DNA of 26,602 nucleotides from a virus (Duplodnaviria > Caudoviricetes). The stretch is taken from the IMG/VR virus record IMGVR_UViG_3300032227_001068, positions 1-26,602 of that record. One strand, given 5' to 3'. Position numbers and translations under genes: made by a program. Shown in pieces: positions 26,085 to 26,602 of this stretch. The number at the start of each line of letters is the position of its first letter. Position 1 is the first letter of the stretch. The notes under the pieces were generated by a model. The model searched no databases. It saw only the letters and a list, made by a program, of their open reading frames with translations, and had not been told where the DNA came from.

Positions 26085-26347
26085 CGGAAGTGCCGTGGCT
26101 GGGGAAGCACGAAGCGTTCGTATGCATTCCACAGCAGCATCCCAGTTACCAGCAAGCCGATGGCAATCGCAGTCCACTTGAGCATTGTTCGCGTGCGCGC
26201 GTAAGACGCGGCGCGTTCAGCCTGTTCGACAGATTCGATTATTTCGCCGCGGGCGGCAAGGTTGGCGCGCGTGCGTTCGCGTTCCTCCGCCCAAATCTTG
26301 CGCCGCTCCGCTTCGCTCAACCCGCCATCTTCCTGAACCGTTGCCAT
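26081..26347 (-). CDS. Minus-strand membrane protein
   Basis: GGAGG RBS before ATG 26347 (MATVQED...); C-terminal TM WTAIAIGLLVTGMLLW; stop overlaps convergent gene. Confidence 0.7.
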   Translation of the reverse strand: MATVQEDGGLSEAERRKIWAEERERTRANLAARGEIIESVEQAERAASYARTRTMLKWTAIAIGLLVTGMLLWNAYERFVLPQPRHFR

Positions 26348-26515
26348 GTTGAATCCTCCGGGAGCGCGCACGATAGTCATTTCGCCGGGTCGATACAACT
26401 AACTAGAACCGGGTATGTGTGTGTGGTTCGTTTCTGAACTAGCCAAATGCATGATGGTGTGCATAACTTTCCAAATGACTCAAACTAGTTACGGAACGCA
26501 CTAGGTTTCGACAGA
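26348..26515. promoter_or_regulatory. Divergent control region with repeated ACTAG boxes
   Basis: AT-richer; AACTAG at 26401, 26437, 26483 and CACTAG at 26499. Confidence 0.45.
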
Positions 26516-26602
26516 ATGAAAGTCCGGGTGACTTTTGAAATTGAGTTGGGTGATACGGTGCCCCAAGTGAAATGCGAAAGGCGTTCAGGTGCATCACCCC
26601 CC
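26516..26602 (+). CDS. Partial ORF MKVRVTFEIELGDTVPQVKCERRSGASPP running off the window end
   Basis: 29 open codons; may be the integrase N-terminus if the molecule is circular. Confidence 0.35.
   Translation, partial: MKVRVTFEIELGDTVPQVKCERRSGASPP

Noticed and set aside
1-26602. CRISPR array, diversity-generating retroelement, IS element or alternative genetic code
   Set aside because: No spaced repeats, reverse transcriptase or transposase; genes are intact under the standard code with all three stops used.

Overview
GC-rich, apparently complete ~26.6 kb temperate siphovirus genome with an HK97-type head, probably the excised/circular form opened just upstream of the integrase. Almost all genes are on the + strand and tightly coupled. 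The order is: tyrosine integrase (with a tRNA 3'-end att core inside its reading frame), sigma70-region-4 HTH, RecE-like exonuclease, Bet/RecT, SSB, primase-helicase, candidate origin, Holliday resolvase, metallophosphoesterase, HExxH protein, HNH, cos-like region, TerS, TerL, extended portal, prohead protease, two paralogous major capsid genes each with a structured leader, head fibre, neck, tail tube, frameshifted chaperones, short tape measure, tail-tip genes, a membrane lysis-like cassette without a recognisable endolysin, two Cys-rich genes and one minus-strand membrane gene. No CI-like repressor is recognisable. Most notable: (1) a dual-capsid module in which one copy has a switch-like leader over its ribosome binding site; (2) attP inside int at the head of the early operon, with a C17 tract and a 22/23-bp inverted repeat shared with the packaging region; (3) a candidate alpha-helical unimolecular spanin. 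All product calls come from motif recognition and synteny by eye; no database searches were run.
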